A stretch of DNA of 63,955 bases, the filler included, from Reclinomonas americana ATCC 50394 (Eukaryota): assembly GCA_048213135.1 (NCBI GenBank). It is 6 parts of 5 records of this genome, joined end to end, with 100 filler letters (N's around TTAATTAATTAA, not from the genome) between each part and the next. Parts side by side here need not be neighbours in the genome. Positions count along the whole stretch, not along the records: positions 14,709 to 43,561 come from PS015441.1; 5 more parts are not named here. The stretch is one strand, 5' to 3'. The first letter of the stretch is position 1; every line of letters begins with the position of its first letter. The translations under genes and the position numbers were made by a program. The notes beneath the pieces are model-generated. The model did not search any database. It worked only from the letters and a program-made list of their open reading frames with translations, and was not told the DNA's origin. Positions 26,601 through 39,237 of the stretch are shown in pieces.

Positions 26601-28052
26601 GCACGCAGAAAGGAGGAGAGAAGGAGAGGGAGAGAGACCTTGATGAGCATCTCCACAGTGAAGATGGAGTTGAACACGAGCTCCGAGATTCGCGAAATCG
26701 CTCTGCATCCACCAGTGTTGGTTTTTGTGGTCAAGGGTCAATGACGTGCGCTCGACCACTGCGACGCAACGACGACGAGTCTTGGGGAGAGCTCGAGGGG
26801 CTGTCCATAGCCAAGAACACGCAGTTGAGCAGAATCACAATCATGATCGTCCTGTCGAACCACGTAATGGCAGCAGCACGCAGGAGTCAAGGACACACAC
26901 ACAAGGAGGCCAGTCAACAAAAGAAGCAAAAGAGAAACAATGAAGGATATTTGTTGCGCATAATGTCGGCCAAGAACAGACGCAAGCCGTTCTCTGGGCC
27001 GAGGCATCCCAGAGCCCGCGAGTCCATGGCCCTGGCGAATTCTGCGTCGCTGCCGGCCTGTGTATGTGTGTGTTCTTCGTCAATCACGTGTGACACAGAT
27101 CGACAATCGCGCACGCCAGCGTACCTCACTCGAGTCGATAGCAGAGATGAGAGACACATCGCCAGAGGTGCATGAGGTGATGGAGTGGCGCGGTTGCATC
27201 GGGTTTCTCGCTCCTCCATCTGGCGTCATAAAGCCACCCAATGTGGGCAGTGCACTCACTGCGACGCGATCCATCGGTGGCTGCGAAAAGTGACGCAACG
27301 CCGCAGGTGTTTCGGTGGCAGGAGACGCCGCTGCGACGGGGCTGGCGAGGGCCGGCGAGAGCGGATGCGGCGCAGTGTCTTCAGGCAGGAGCACAATGGC
27401 GGGCACACCGGTGGTGAGCAGCGCATTCCCGCCGCCGCCGCCGCCGCTGCCGCCGCCGCCACCACTGGTGGGCATGTGACGTGCACTGCGCCGAAACGAC
27501 ACTGACCGCCCGCTCCCGCCAGCAGTCATGGGCGACAAGAGTGAACTTGGCGCCAACGCGAGTGGTGGTTGTGGCGGCAGCGGTGGTGGCACCAAGAGCG
27601 CTGTGCTATCACCACCCCGACTGCTGCCCACTCGTTCCGCACCATACGCATGCTGCTGCTGCTGCGGCTGCTGCTGCTGTGTTGTCGGTGGCGTCGCTGC
27701 TCTGTTCACCAGTGGATTACGCAGCGCGCTGGGACGTGCACGAGCCGACAGAGGCACACCGAGCGCGCCCTCGCGTGGACTGTTGCCCGCCGACAATACT
27801 CGTTGCGCTGGTGCGATGGGCGACTGATGCGTGGACGTGTGTGTGTGAGAGAGAGAGAGAGAGAGTGTGTGTGCGTAAGTCTGAACATACTGCTGTGCAT
27901 TGATGATGCCTTTGCCCACTCACCTGCTGCTCAGTGCTCTCACTCGGCGACGGCAACGACAATGGAGGCACCGCATGGGGCAGTGGTGGTGGTGGTGGTG
28001 ATGGTGATGGTGGTGGTGTTTCACCCCCTCCCGAGCGGCGCGGAGACGACAT
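17673..28052 (-). CDS. Four-domain voltage-gated calcium channel alpha-1 subunit (EEEE filter, EF-hand-like region and IQ motif)
   Basis: P-loops [27 protein letters not shown] and [10 protein letters not shown]4 helices [33 protein letters not shown] and [15 protein letters not shown]6 helices end in NLFLAIL and [11 protein letters not shown] motif [13 protein letters not shown]. Dozens of short introns; the start at 28052 is inferred. Confidence 0.93.
23686..23766 (-). other. U12-type GT-AG intron (81 nt) in Cav domain II S6
   Basis: Donor GTATCCTTTT, branch TCCTTAAC (23705-23712) and acceptor CGCAG. Removal gives [16 protein letters not shown]. Confidence 0.92.
26864..26950 (-). other. 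U12-type AT-AC intron (87 nt) just before Cav domain I S1
   Basis: Donor ATATCCTT, branch TCCTTGAC (26886-26893) and acceptor TTAC. Removal gives [24 protein letters not shown]. Confidence 0.93.
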
Positions 28053-28216
28053 GGCGTCTCTCGTCAAACACCACAAAGAAAAACTCGCGCGCGCTGACCG
28101 TTTTGTGGAAAGGCGCGGGAAATCCCGTTTGCTCCGAATGTCCACTGTCCTCCACACTCCGGCTCATCGGAGTCCTAGTTGGCCCTAGTTGACTGTGTGT
28201 GAGAAGCGACGAGTTC

Positions 28217-28806
28217 ATGCAGTCGTCACACGAGAGGAGGGTCGGCTTCTTGTCACTCCCGCGGGAAACCATCATGGACGTGCTGTGCTACCTGTCGCTG
28301 CCGGATGTGCTGGCGATGCTGAGCACGTGCCGCTCGGTGCGAGCGCTGGGAATGTCATCGATCGCAGCAACAGTGGGCAGACCAAGACCTCCTGTGGGAG
28401 ACGAGGAAGAAGAAGAAGAAGACGCTGCGGGTGGGAGCAACAGTGGCCATGTCGTCGACACTGACCAAACCGAGGACGTGCAGCAGGAGCATGCTCACAA
28501 CAGCGTGCATGTACTGTGGAAGCGCTTGTTGCGACGAGACTTTGTGCCTGCGGTGAGTGAGCGTGCGTGGGTTCTGTGGTGGGGCATGGTGTAGCAGTCG
28601 ACATCGCGCGATTTTCGACCCCCATCCACCCCCTTCTTCTCGCACTCGTCTGTCGCACGCATGTCATATGTTGAGCTCGTCTACTGCGCGTGTGCTACAC
28701 CTGTCGCCGCGTGTTTGTTTCGTTTGTGAGATTCTATGATGTGTGTCTGACCTTCGCCGTTCCTGTGTGCACAAGTCGATGTGCGGTTAGTGGTATATTG
28801 TACTGA
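28217..28806 (+). CDS. Small F-box-domain protein (3' end uncertain)
   Basis: FLSLPRETIMDVLCYLSLPDVLAMLSTCRSVR...LWKRLLRRDF fits the F-box pattern. Confidence 0.6.
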
Positions 28807-30129
28807 TCTCCGCATTGAATATAGAATCGTGATGTGGCTGCACCCACGCTCTCCATGGGCTTGTCATCGGCGGCGTTGTTGGATGGGGCCAGTGCCACGG
28901 CGCTGAGGAGAACGTATGCGCGAGCGCATGGGCTCACTGACCGCGTACAACGGTATGTGACAGTCAACACATTGAANNNNNNNNNNNNNNNNNNNNCCCC
29001 ACACCACAGCGTCGCGTGTCGGCAGCAGCGAGTAAATCGGTCGCATCGATGGCCGCGCAAATGCATCCAACGCAGGCTCACTGGAAGATGAGGGGGGAAA
29101 GGAGTGAGCATCATCGATCGACACAGCGCGAGGAGAATAGTAGCGGGAGCGCAACTTGGCTGTCAGCGACCACCGACTCAACCCGCCCGCCACATCACCC
29201 GCAAACGCCACCGTGCCCGACGGCGCAATGCGCACACTCTCCACGGAGAACGAGTGCACCTCGTACCGACCCAGCACACTGCGCGAACAGGGCAGATATC
29301 AGTCACTGTTTGCTTCATGTGCCACGCATGTCCATCCACTCACCGATGCATGAGACGTGCGTCGTAGAACGAGACAAGACCATCGTTGCCGCCGGTGATC
29401 AGCGTGTTGTCGTGCGCATCCATGCTGATGACACGCTGCGACATGGCACGCACGACATTCACAAAGCGACCAGTGCGGTTGTCAAACACGCGAATCTTGC
29501 CGTCGAATCTGTGGCCACGATGCAGAAAAGAAGAGTGAGACCACTGCCATCATCATCATGCACACAGGTTGCCGAGCATCACGCACCCTCCGCACGCCAA
29601 CCAGCCGTGCTGCTGAATGGCGGCCAACGAGTACAGTGGCTCCTGGCTGTTTGGTCTGACTACGGACACCGCCTGGCCCGTGGCGGCGTCGAGTGTGACC
29701 AGATTGGCGGAGTTGCACGCCAAGTTCAGCCGATGCAGGGTGCCGTCAAACACAAAATCGTTGATGCCCTCTCTGCACGACAGAAAGAAGAGTTCTTCTT
29801 TCAGCCTCACACCTCATAAACGTGATACACACGCGCGCGCATGCACACGCAACTGGTCAATCATCAGCGATAGTGGCTTCTGACCCAGAGACCACACGCC
29901 CAGCGACCCATCCCTCGACGACGACAGCAACCGACCCTTGGTCCACCGCATCCGCGTGACACTGGCCGTATGCAGCGCCACCACCGAGTTCACCGGCGTC
30001 CCCGACGCCACATGCGCCACCGTGACGCGTCCATCCGAGAAACCGCACGACGCCAGCATGGTCGCCAGTGGTGACTGATCGCCACTGCCGGCCTCACACA
30101 CCGCCGTGCACGCCGCGTCATCGTTCACA
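28734..30129 (-). CDS. WD40-repeat protein (5' end in gap, 3' end uncertain)
   Basis: HTASVTRMRWTKGRLLSSSRDGSLGVW and HSFSVESVRIAPSGTVAFAGDVAGGLSRW repeats. Confidence 0.7.
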
Positions 30130-30149
30130 NNNNNNNNNNNNNNNNNNNN

Positions 30150-30907
30150 GCCGCCGCCGTCTCCTGCGACACACGATCGAGCAGCTCATGCACGCGGGCC
30201 ACACCATCCGAGGCCTGATCCCGCTCGAAACGCACCCTCGGCACCGTATACGCATGCCGCAGTCTCTCCGCCAACTTGCCCCGCACATAGCCCGCCGCCT
30301 TGCGCAAATACTCGTGATACTCGCGTTCATCGCGCACCGCCGGCGTTGCCGACACCAACGACTGCTCCTTCTCCTGCTCCTGCTGCTGCTGCAGCGACGA
30401 TCGCGGACTCCAGTACACAGTGGCATCGCGCAGATCGCGAGTGATCGCGACCGACACCACATGAATCGCCGCCGCGTTGCGCGGTGCCGCCGACCCGCCC
30501 TGATGATACGCCGCTCGCGCCAGCACCTCTTGAATCTACTCACCCACACACGCATCAGCGCACGCGATCAACTCTCTCACACACAGCGAGAGACTGACCT
30601 CGCGATGCAACACACTGCTCATTCGCGCCTGCCGCAACGTGCGCGCAGCCGACGCTGCCTGTGCGCCCTCCGACTGCTGACTCACTCGTCGCCGATACGC
30701 CTGCGTTGAGCGCTCCAGTCGACGGAAGCGCTCAGAGGCGACCACACCTCCTCTTGCCTCATCTTCCTCATCATTGTCATTGTCGACGTTCTCCTCTTGT
30801 CCATCGTCGCTGATGAAGCGACCGGGTTCAGTGGACGCCCATCGTGCTCGCAGCAGTGGTCTGCACAGCGACGAGGAGAGCAGCAGGCGACGCGCACAGA
30901 ACAGCAT
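30150..30907 (-). CDS. rbfA: Organellar (mitochondrial) ribosome-binding factor A-like protein
   Basis: Transit peptide (MLFCARRLLLSSSLCRPLLRARWAS), then RQARMSSVLHRE...VSVAITRDLRDATVYW...LRKAAGYVRGKLAERLRHAYTVPRVRFERD, an RbfA KH-like pattern. Confidence 0.8.
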
Positions 30908-30947
30908 GTGAGTGGAAGGAGTGAAGTGTGTCCTGCTGTCTTGTGCG

Positions 30948-32695
30948 ATGCTGTGTTGCGATGAGAGTGCGCCTGCCATTGCGCAGCACAGTGATGCAGT
31001 GTGGAGTGTGAGTGAGTCGGCGTCGGGACGGCGTTGGGTGACTGGATGGTGCGTGCATGCCTCTCTTTGTGTCTATATGTGTGTGAAGGCGTGACTGACG
31101 TGTGTTGCGATCAGTGAGGACGGCAGTGTGAGTGTGTGGGAGAGTGCCACGGGCGAGCTGCTGCATCGCGTTGTCATTGCAGATCCACCTGCGACACCAG
31201 TTGCGCGCGTGTGCATGCTCACTCACTCACTGCCTCTCAATGCATTATTGTTGACTTGTCGTCATGCAAGATCGCTGCGTGTGCGTTTCTGCTGACTGCG
31301 CAAGAGAATGTGGTGGTGGCTGCGTGCGGGAACAAGGTCTTTCTCTCTCTCTCTCATTGTCTGTGCATGCTCGTGTGCTGATAATGTTCCGAGGCAGCTG
31401 TGGCGAGTGGAGATGCCGGGCGGAGAGGAGCCGCGATGTGTGTACGAGACTGAGGATGACATCAACACAGTGAGCTTCTATGCTGCTCTCGTGCCAGTGC
31501 GGAAAGGTTTTGCTGAGCTGTTGGTGCGGGGCGCAGCTGGACGTGCATGAAAAAGAGGGATTTGTGTTGCTGGCCGATGATACCGGACGAGCGTTTGTAC
31601 TGGAGCCTCGACGGTTTCAGCGACGCGCTGCGTTACGACAGCACTCGCAGGTGGGCATACATGTGCTCGCGTATGCGATTCCGTTTGTGGAAGTGTGTCT
31701 CACGTGGGGCAGATGTGTACGGCGGCTGTATTTCGACCGCGACGACCAAAGGAAGGTGTGTGACCTTGTTTGGGGGTTGTGTGCTGCATGACCACTGATG
31801 CGTCTGTCTGTGCAGCGATCACGGGCTCCCTGGACGGCTCGGTGTGCTTGTGGGACTTCACAAGACCGCGGATGCTGCATTCGTTTTCGCTCATGGAGCA
31901 CGCTGCCACGGGCGAGTTGCGTGCTCCTCGTCGTCTGTTGACCATGAGAGTTGCTGACGCGCTGTGCAGCGGTGGATTCCTCAACCCACCACTGGTGCAC
32001 TCGACGATTACCACTCCAGACGGCGGGTATGCACTTGCTGGCGCCGCCAGTGGATCGTTGTATGTGCTCCCGCTGCGCCCTCCATTCTTGCCTGTGATTG
32101 AGCGTGAGGGTGCGCACAAGGTCGGCAAGTCGATCGGTCAACTGTTGCGTGCACTTGTCCGCACTGGCATGACCCGAGAGAGCTCACACGTCGGTGCAGA
32201 GCCGTACTGCAAGTTGTGCTGCCAACGCCAGAGGGAGAGAGTGCTGCCGCCGCTCCACCACCTAAAAAGGGGAAAGGAAAAAAGGGCAAGGTGACCTCGT
32301 GTCAATACCTTATACATGTACCTTCCCTTCTTGCTGACATGCGCGTACAGGGAGCGGGCGCGCCGTTTGTGCCACGCGAGAGATATGTGGTGACGGCGGG
32401 AACCGACAATGTGATGCGCGTGTGGCGCTTCAACGACCTGACTGCGGCGGCACGAGCCGCTGCCGTCGATGCCGACGACGACGAGGATGCAGAGGGTGAC
32501 AGCGGTGGCAGTGGCAGTGGCAGTGGTAGCGCCCTATCGCCACCTCTGGTGCGAACGGCTGTCGCGCCACGGCAAGTGGTGGAACTGCAGGCACCGGTCA
32601 ACGTTCTCCTCGCGACTGCCGACGGCAGCCGGTTGCTGGTGGGCGACACTGAGGGCCGGCTCACCGCGTATCGCATGCAGTGCACCAATGCATGA
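30948..32695 (+). CDS. WD40-repeat protein (WDR53-like)
   Basis: HSDAVWSV...WVTGCEDGSVSVWE, EDDIN...LLADDTG, ITGSLDGSVCLWDF, GGFLNPPLVHS and VVTAGTDNVMRVW. Confidence 0.75.
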
Positions 32696-32732
32696 CACAT
32701 AAAAACTATGCACCCTTGTCATTATGTATTTA

Positions 32733-33978
32733 TCATGTGGGTGCCTCGCCGCCAAGTGCTCTTAGCCACTCTGCGCGTTCTTCTCTTGACGCGCACGCAA
32801 AAAGGTATTCCGTCTTGTTTGTTGTTGCTGCGTGCAGAGAAGAATTGAGGAGGGCGAGAGGACGCCACGCGAGAAAAAAACACGACGAGCGAGACGCAAC
32901 AAGCTTGTGGTCGTACGATCCACGTGTAGAGAGTGTCGCGACTCTTCGACACCACCTCGCCCTCCTGCACCTTGATACCCTCCAGCGACATAACGCCCTG
33001 TGCCTGCTTCTTCTTATTCTTAAAGTACGACAAGGTGCGTCCGCTAGAGTCCAGCACCAGCCGCCGTTCCTGCCAGCTGCGTCCGAAAAAGCCGCCGCGT
33101 TTGAGAACCATGCCCACCCGGTCGCCGCCGTGCTGATCATCGCCATTGGCGGTGGCCATCGCTGCGCCAGCACTGAGTGAATTACGTGCGGTGGAGTATC
33201 TGCCATTTGCGGTCGCACTCGTTGCCGTGGTGTTGGTTGTGGTGGTGGTGGTGACCGTCGTGGTGCCGCCCTCCCCTCCTGAGCGCGCTGCATCAGCTGC
33301 CGCAACGTCTGTCGTTGGCGGAGGCGGGGTGGAGCCCGCTGCTGCACCGCCGGCGCGAGGTCCACGCAGTGCTGGAGTGCCTNNNNNNNNNNNNNNNNNN
33401 NNNNNNNNNNNNNNNNNNNNNNNNNNNNNNNNNNNNNNNNNNNCCGGCCATCACCATGGAGGAGATGGACGGGGAACGACCGAGTGCTCCACCCAGTGTT
33501 GTCGTCTGCTTGGGTGTGTACAACACGTTGCGATGGAGCGTCTCGCCCGTGCCGGCCTGTAACCGCGCCGCCAGCGACAGGTAATTCTTCGAGGCGGCAA
33601 TCTGCGCCGCCGTCATGCCGCGCTTGTTGGTCATTTTCCAGTCGGCCCCGGCCTCCAGCAACAATCGACAGACCTACAAAGAAAAACACCATCGCAATGA
33701 GCGAAGCGACGTAAAGAAGTTGTGTGACGAAAAAGGGGGAGCGGACCTCGACGAGATTCTTGCGCGCGGCCGCCATCAGCGGAGTGGTACGATCGTGAGT
33801 ACGCGCTTGATTGACATTGGCACCGGCCGCAATCAACAGCTGCACTTGATACTCCAAATTCTGCTCCACCGACCACAACAGGGCGAACTCGCCGCGCGAG
33901 TCCATGCGATCCACACCAGCGTTTGGGAGATGAGACAGCACCTCCACCACTTCTGTGTTGCCGAGCTTGGCGGCCTGT
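32733..33978 (-). CDS. Ankyrin-repeat protein with C-terminal PH domain (5' part may extend across the gap to ~34812)
   Basis: Ankyrin repeats (LIAAGANVNQ...TPLMAAA, LLEAGAD...GMTAAQIA) and a PH domain (GMVLKRGGFFGRSWQERRLVL...LSYFK...ASREERAEWLRAL). Confidence 0.85.
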
Positions 33979-34018
33979 GGGTGGATGGAGATTAGAGGAG
34001 AGAAGGGAGAATGGGGAA

Positions 34019-34123
34019 GAGCATGGGGGGAGAGCATGGGGGAGAGCATGGGGGAGAGCATGGGGGAGAGCATGGGGGAGAGCATGGGGAAGGAGAAGGG
34101 GAAGAGCATGGGGGAAGAGCATG
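34019..34123. repeat. 12-nt minisatellite (GAGCATGGGGGA)n, intronic, running into an N-gap
   Basis: About 8 near-identical units are visible. Confidence 0.85.
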
Positions 34124-34903
34124 NNNNNNNNNNNNNNNNNNNNNNNNNNNNNNNNNNNNNNNNNNNNNNNNNNNNNNNNNNNNNNNNNNNNNNNNNNNNN
34201 NNNNNNNNNNNNNNNNNNNNNNNNNNNNNNNNNNNNNNNNNNNNNNNNNNNNNNNNNNNNNNNNNNNNNNNNNNNNNNNNNNNNNNNNNNNNNNNNNNNN
34301 NNNNNNNNNNNNNNNNNNNNNNNNNNNNNNNNNNNNNNNNNNNNNNNNNNNNNNNNNNNNNNNNNNNNNNNNNNNNNNNNNNNNNNNNNNNNNNNNNNNN
34401 NNNNNNNNNNNNNNNNNNNNNNNNNNNNNNNNNNNNNNNNNNNNNNNNNNGCACCCGCAGTGATCCGCACGCACTGTACACCACAGCGCGCACCTCGCCG
34501 CCCACTTGAATCGCCGATACGCGAGTTCTACACAAGACGAAAGATTAGTTGTCTCTCTCGAGCTCAGCGTGTGTGTGCAGAGGTGTGTGTGTGTGTGCTT
34601 GTGTGTGTTGTGTAAGGTGCGTGTCTTTCTCTCTCTCTCCCTCCCTCACGCACGTCCTCACAGGTGTTGGCGGAGGTGGCGCTGCCGTCCGTCGCGGCTC
34701 AAACACACTCGGCGTATCATCCACGTCGAACAACATTACTTTTGCCGTGAACGCAAGCAGCCCGCGCTCACTTGCAATTGATGATCAAAGTGAAATCACG
34801 TCGAGTCGACATCGACGCGGCGCCAAAAATACACACGCTGCCCGGTTGATCGCAGTGGAGCGGTGGAAATCGAAATCGGGTTGCATGTGTGTTGGGGCGC
34901 ACA

Positions 34904-35867
34904 ATGGCGGACCTCAGTACGTCGCCACGCGAGCGGCAACGCCGCGCCTCCACACACCTGCAGCTCATGACCGTGCGACAAGAGTCACTCAGCAAGGAAC
35001 TCGTTGAGGCCGCCAGGTATGGCTGCTCCTCTTCACACACACGCTCACTTTCGACTCACACTTTCGACTCGCACACGCGCAGGTTACTCGACGCCGAGGC
35101 CTGCTCGCGTCTGATCCGCGAGGGCGCGAACGCCGACTACCGCGACGGAGCGCCTCCAGCGGCCTCGGCAGTGGTCTCGTTTGCGACCACGGGTGCGCCT
35201 CCGTTGGTTCCGCGGTTGAATGTGGGCGGGAATGCGCCGAGTGTGGTGTCGCCGCTGGCCATGGGAAACACGCCGCTTTTGGTGGCATTAGGCGCGGGTA
35301 ATGCGCGCAAGGCGTCGCTGAGTGCGGCGCGCGGTGGCGGGTGAGTGCAGCGAAAAAGTGGACAACATGGCGAGCGACTTCTCACACACACTCGCATGTG
35401 CGTGTGCGCAGTAATCGTGTGGATGATGATGATGGGCAGAGTGAGATGGTGGCATTGGCGACTGTGCGAGCGTTGTGTGTGGGTGGCGCGGACCCCAATG
35501 CCAAACGATTGAGTGATGGATTGTTTCCGCTGATGCAGGTTGAGTGATTGATTGCATTTGTTGCGTTTCTTCTTCTTTCTGATTACGAGTCAGGCGGCGA
35601 TTGCTGGTTGGGTGTGTGTTATTGAGTATCTGGTGCGTGACGCACGCGCGAATGTGAATGCGGCAAATGCGCGCGGGCAGACGAGGTTCGGTTCTGTTTC
35701 TCTTCGTTGGGATTGTGCTTTCTCTTGCTGATCATGTGGATCGGCATAGTTTGTTTGCGGCTGCGTCGCGTAACAATCTGCATGCGTGTCGTGTGTTGTT
35801 GGAGCTGGGCGCGGAGCCGGAGACGGTGGCGTCGACCGAGTCTGGTGGAATGACGCCGTTGTTGATT
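34904..35867 (+). CDS. Ankyrin-repeat protein, 5' part
   Basis: LIREGANADYRD, GNTPLLVAL, GGADPNAKR and LFAAASRNNLHACRVLLELGA...GMTPLLI. Ends at a (CT)n tract and N-gap. Confidence 0.75.
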
Positions 35868-35875
35868 GTTGCGTA

Positions 35876-35925
<50 letters not shown>

Positions 35926-36348
35926 NNNNNNNNNNNNNNNNNNNNNNNNNNNNNNNNNNNNNNNNNNNNNNNNNNNNNNNNNNNNNNNNNNNNNNNNNNN
36001 NNNNNNNNNNNNNNNNNNNNNNNNNNNNNNNNNNNNNNNNNNNNNNNNNNNNNNNNNNNNNNNNNNNNNNNNNNNNNNNNNNNNNNNNNNNNNNNNNNNN
36101 NNNNNNNNNNNNNNNNNNNNNNNNNNNNNNNNNNNNNNNNNNNNNNNNNNNNNNNNNNNNNNNNNNNNNNNNNNNNNNNNNNNNNNNNNNNNNNNNNNNN
36201 NNNNNNNNNNNNNNNNNNNNNNNNNNNNNNNNNNNNNNNNNNNNNNNNNNNNNNNNNNNNNNNNNNNNNNNNNNNNNNNNNNNNNNNNNNNNNNNNNNNN
36301 NNNNNNNNNNNNNNNNNNNNNNNNNNNNNNNNNNNNNNNNNNNNNNNN

Positions 36349-38017
36349 GTGTCGCGATCACAGACGACTGCGCGTTGTTTGCTGATGGCGTGTTTTGCTT
36401 GCAGGCATCGTGCTCCTCCGACAAGCGTGTGCGAGTGACGCAGACGGAAGATCTCACGCAGCAGCAGCAGCGCCACCATCAGCGAGTTCGCATTCCGCAC
36501 TTGCGTGGTCGTGCGGAGGAAGTGGAGGTCGGGTCGGTGATCAAGACGGTGGGCGAGCCGACTTGTTTGGCGTTCTCGCCGGATTCCATGTGCATTGCGT
36601 GGATCACCGAGTGGCCAGAGGCTGCACTCGAGGTGTGTGTGTGTGTGGCACATCCGCTGTCGTATCACGCGTGCTTATTTTCTCCACAAGATGTACCACG
36701 TGCCGCTGCATGCGCGCACCATGTATCGCACGCTGCCGCGATTCCAACGGAGTGCCGATTTGCATTCATTTGTGCACGAGGACTGCCGTGAGTTGTCGGC
36801 GTTCACCTTTGTGGCGCCCAGCAGCTTCCGCGGCCTGTTGCGGATGGTCACTGGTGCCACCGACGGCTCACTAGCGGTGTGGTTGCGCACTCAAGAACGG
36901 GGCCTCGGCGCCGTGTGTGAATGGCGCTGGACGCGAGTCTTCCAGTACCACGGTCACGCCGACGAGGAGGATCCAACGGTGAATGCGGTGTGTGTGGATG
37001 AATTTGGCATGACGCTGGCCTCGGGCGGCGACAGCGGCGTCATTCTCATCCACGGCATTCCACCCCTCGACGGCACCGGCGGTCTGCCTGCCGATTTCGA
37101 CACGACGCCCATTGTTGTGCTGCGACCACCACGGACAGCGTCGTCCGCCGGCGCCAGCCGCGATGCATCCGCGGCAATTCGTGCGCTCTCCTTTTGCAAC
37201 GTGTCGGGCATCCTGGCCTCGGGAGGCGACGATGGCCTGGTGCGTCTGTGGAATGTCGACACGGGCGAGTGTGTGGTCTCCCTGCGAGGTTTGTGAGAGA
37301 GATCGATTGCCGTCATCGGCAGCGTCGTGCTTATTAACAGAGATGTGCAGGCCATCGGGGTGATGTGACGTGCTTGGCGTTTTCGCCGGATGCCACTCGC
37401 CTGGCGTCGGGATCGACGGATGGTCGGGTGGCCATCTGGAATCCGTACTCGCGCTCTATTCTCGGCCTCATCGAGCCCAAAAATGTGCGTCTCTCGTGTT
37501 TTTTTGCGGTACCGGGGCGGTGCGTCTGACTCCCTTACAGGACGCGGTGCATTCCATTGGGTGGGAGCCGTCTGGCGTGCACCTGGCGGTGGGCACGGTC
37601 GGCAGCATTGATTCGTGGCGCGTGACCGGCGAAGGTGTGCTTCTCTTGCACGCGCGTTTGTTGCCTTCGCACTGCCCTCACGTGTTCTCTCGTGCAGCTC
37701 CCGTGGCACAGGAAATGGTGCTGGCACGGCAGGCCTTCACGCTGCTGAATGCGGAAGCCGAGGACCCCACACTCGACGCCAAGGAGGCTCGCCTCCTCAC
37801 GTTCATCACGCAGGGAATGTACGTTGTGCTGGAGCACACCACCCTCCTGTGGCGCCGCAGCATGGAGCAGCAGCAACGGCCGGTCGCACACCCCGAACCG
37901 GCAAGTGGCTCGAACCCCGTGCCCGCACACACTGCTGCTGCTGCTGGTGATGATGATGGTGATGGTGATGGTGACTATGATGATTACGAGGACGACGGTG
38001 GTGATGGCGACGAGTGA
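36349..38017 (+). CDS. WD40-repeat region, 3' part (may or may not belong to the upstream ankyrin gene)
   Basis: VTGATDGSLAVW, LASGGDSGVILIH, LASGGDDGLVRLWNVDTGECV...GHRGDVTCLAFSPD and an acidic tail. Confidence 0.75.
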
Positions 38018-38079
38018 GACTCACCTGCCGACTTAATACATACCACACTCATGCACACACACTCACAACACACGCTTCA

Positions 38080-39163
38080 ATGCCGACATTGTCAAAACCG
38101 CATGGTCGAGAGTTGGTTGCCCGCGCTCTAGCAGACGATTAGCTACCGTTCAAGCTCCACACTCGGTGCTACCAGCAGTCTCTGAAACCGATGTAGGGTC
38201 ACTGCGTGCGGCAACAAAGTGAGAAGCAGTCGCGCAGGGCAGGCAGTCATTGAGCGTGTATACCTCCCGAATACATCGTACTCGCCACGTCCCATGGAGT
38301 GCGGCCGCTGTTGTCGCACTCGCCAATCAGTGCCCCTCGCTCAATCAGCGCTCTGGCCGTGTCCACATGCCCGCCCTCCACGGCACGATGCAGCGGCGTC
38401 TTGCCTGTGATCATCAGCACCGGTTGTCAGTTTGTCGCCGCCATTGTAAGCGACCAACAGCCCAACTGACCGTCAAATCGCTGTGCATCCACATCAGCGC
38501 CGAAGCGGTCCACGAACAAGCACACCTGGTACCCCACGAGGTGTGTAAGTGCGAGTGAGTTGCGCGTGAGCCGATAGATTGACTGTGCTTGCTTACCAAG
38601 TCGGTGTGCCCCATGAAACAGCATCCATGCAGTGGTATCGCCCCATCCACTTGCACGTGATGCACACTGCATCCAAATTGCACCAACAGCTCAGCCGCAT
38701 CTGCGCGGTTGTGCTTCACTGCATAAAAAAGCGCCGTCTGCCGAAATCTATCAAGCACAATGGATCGTTGACAACTGTGAGCCGCGCGCACACGCACAGA
38801 GAGAGAGAGAGAGAGGGTGGTGTGTGTGAGACACACACCCATCGAGTACGTTGGGGTCGTAGCCAGCGTGCAACAGGCGCGACACCTCCTCAAACTGGCC
38901 CTCGATGGCCGCAGTCAGCAGTGGACCTAATTGCCGTCGTGATCCTGTGATGAAAGCACACAGGAAGAGAAGAGAAGAGGAGAGGAGAGAGGCGCACGTG
39001 TTATGATCAGCATGAGACTCACTTCACAACTGCACAAGTGACAGTCCACGCGCGCGCGAATGAATGGACTGCAATTTCTCACACAACTTCGTTGTTGCTG
39101 CTGCTGTGGATGATGATGGTGCGTGGCCTGCGATGAGGGCTCCACTGCGGCAACAGAAGCCAT
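38080..39163 (-). CDS. Ankyrin-repeat protein (3' end approximate)
   Basis: PLLTAAIEGQFEEVSRLLHAGYDPN, QTALFYAVKHNRADAAELLV, IPLHGCCFMGH and FGADVDA. Confidence 0.75.
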
Positions 39164-39237
39164 CGTTTCTCTCTCTCTCGTGCAATGCAGCAAAATCAAC
39201 AGACAGGACGAGCGGGACTTGCGACGTACATCAAAAC

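Noticed and set aside
34019..34123. Regular short repeats as a CRISPR array or peptide repeat
   Set aside because: There are no unique spacers; it is an intronic 12-nt minisatellite in a eukaryotic gene.
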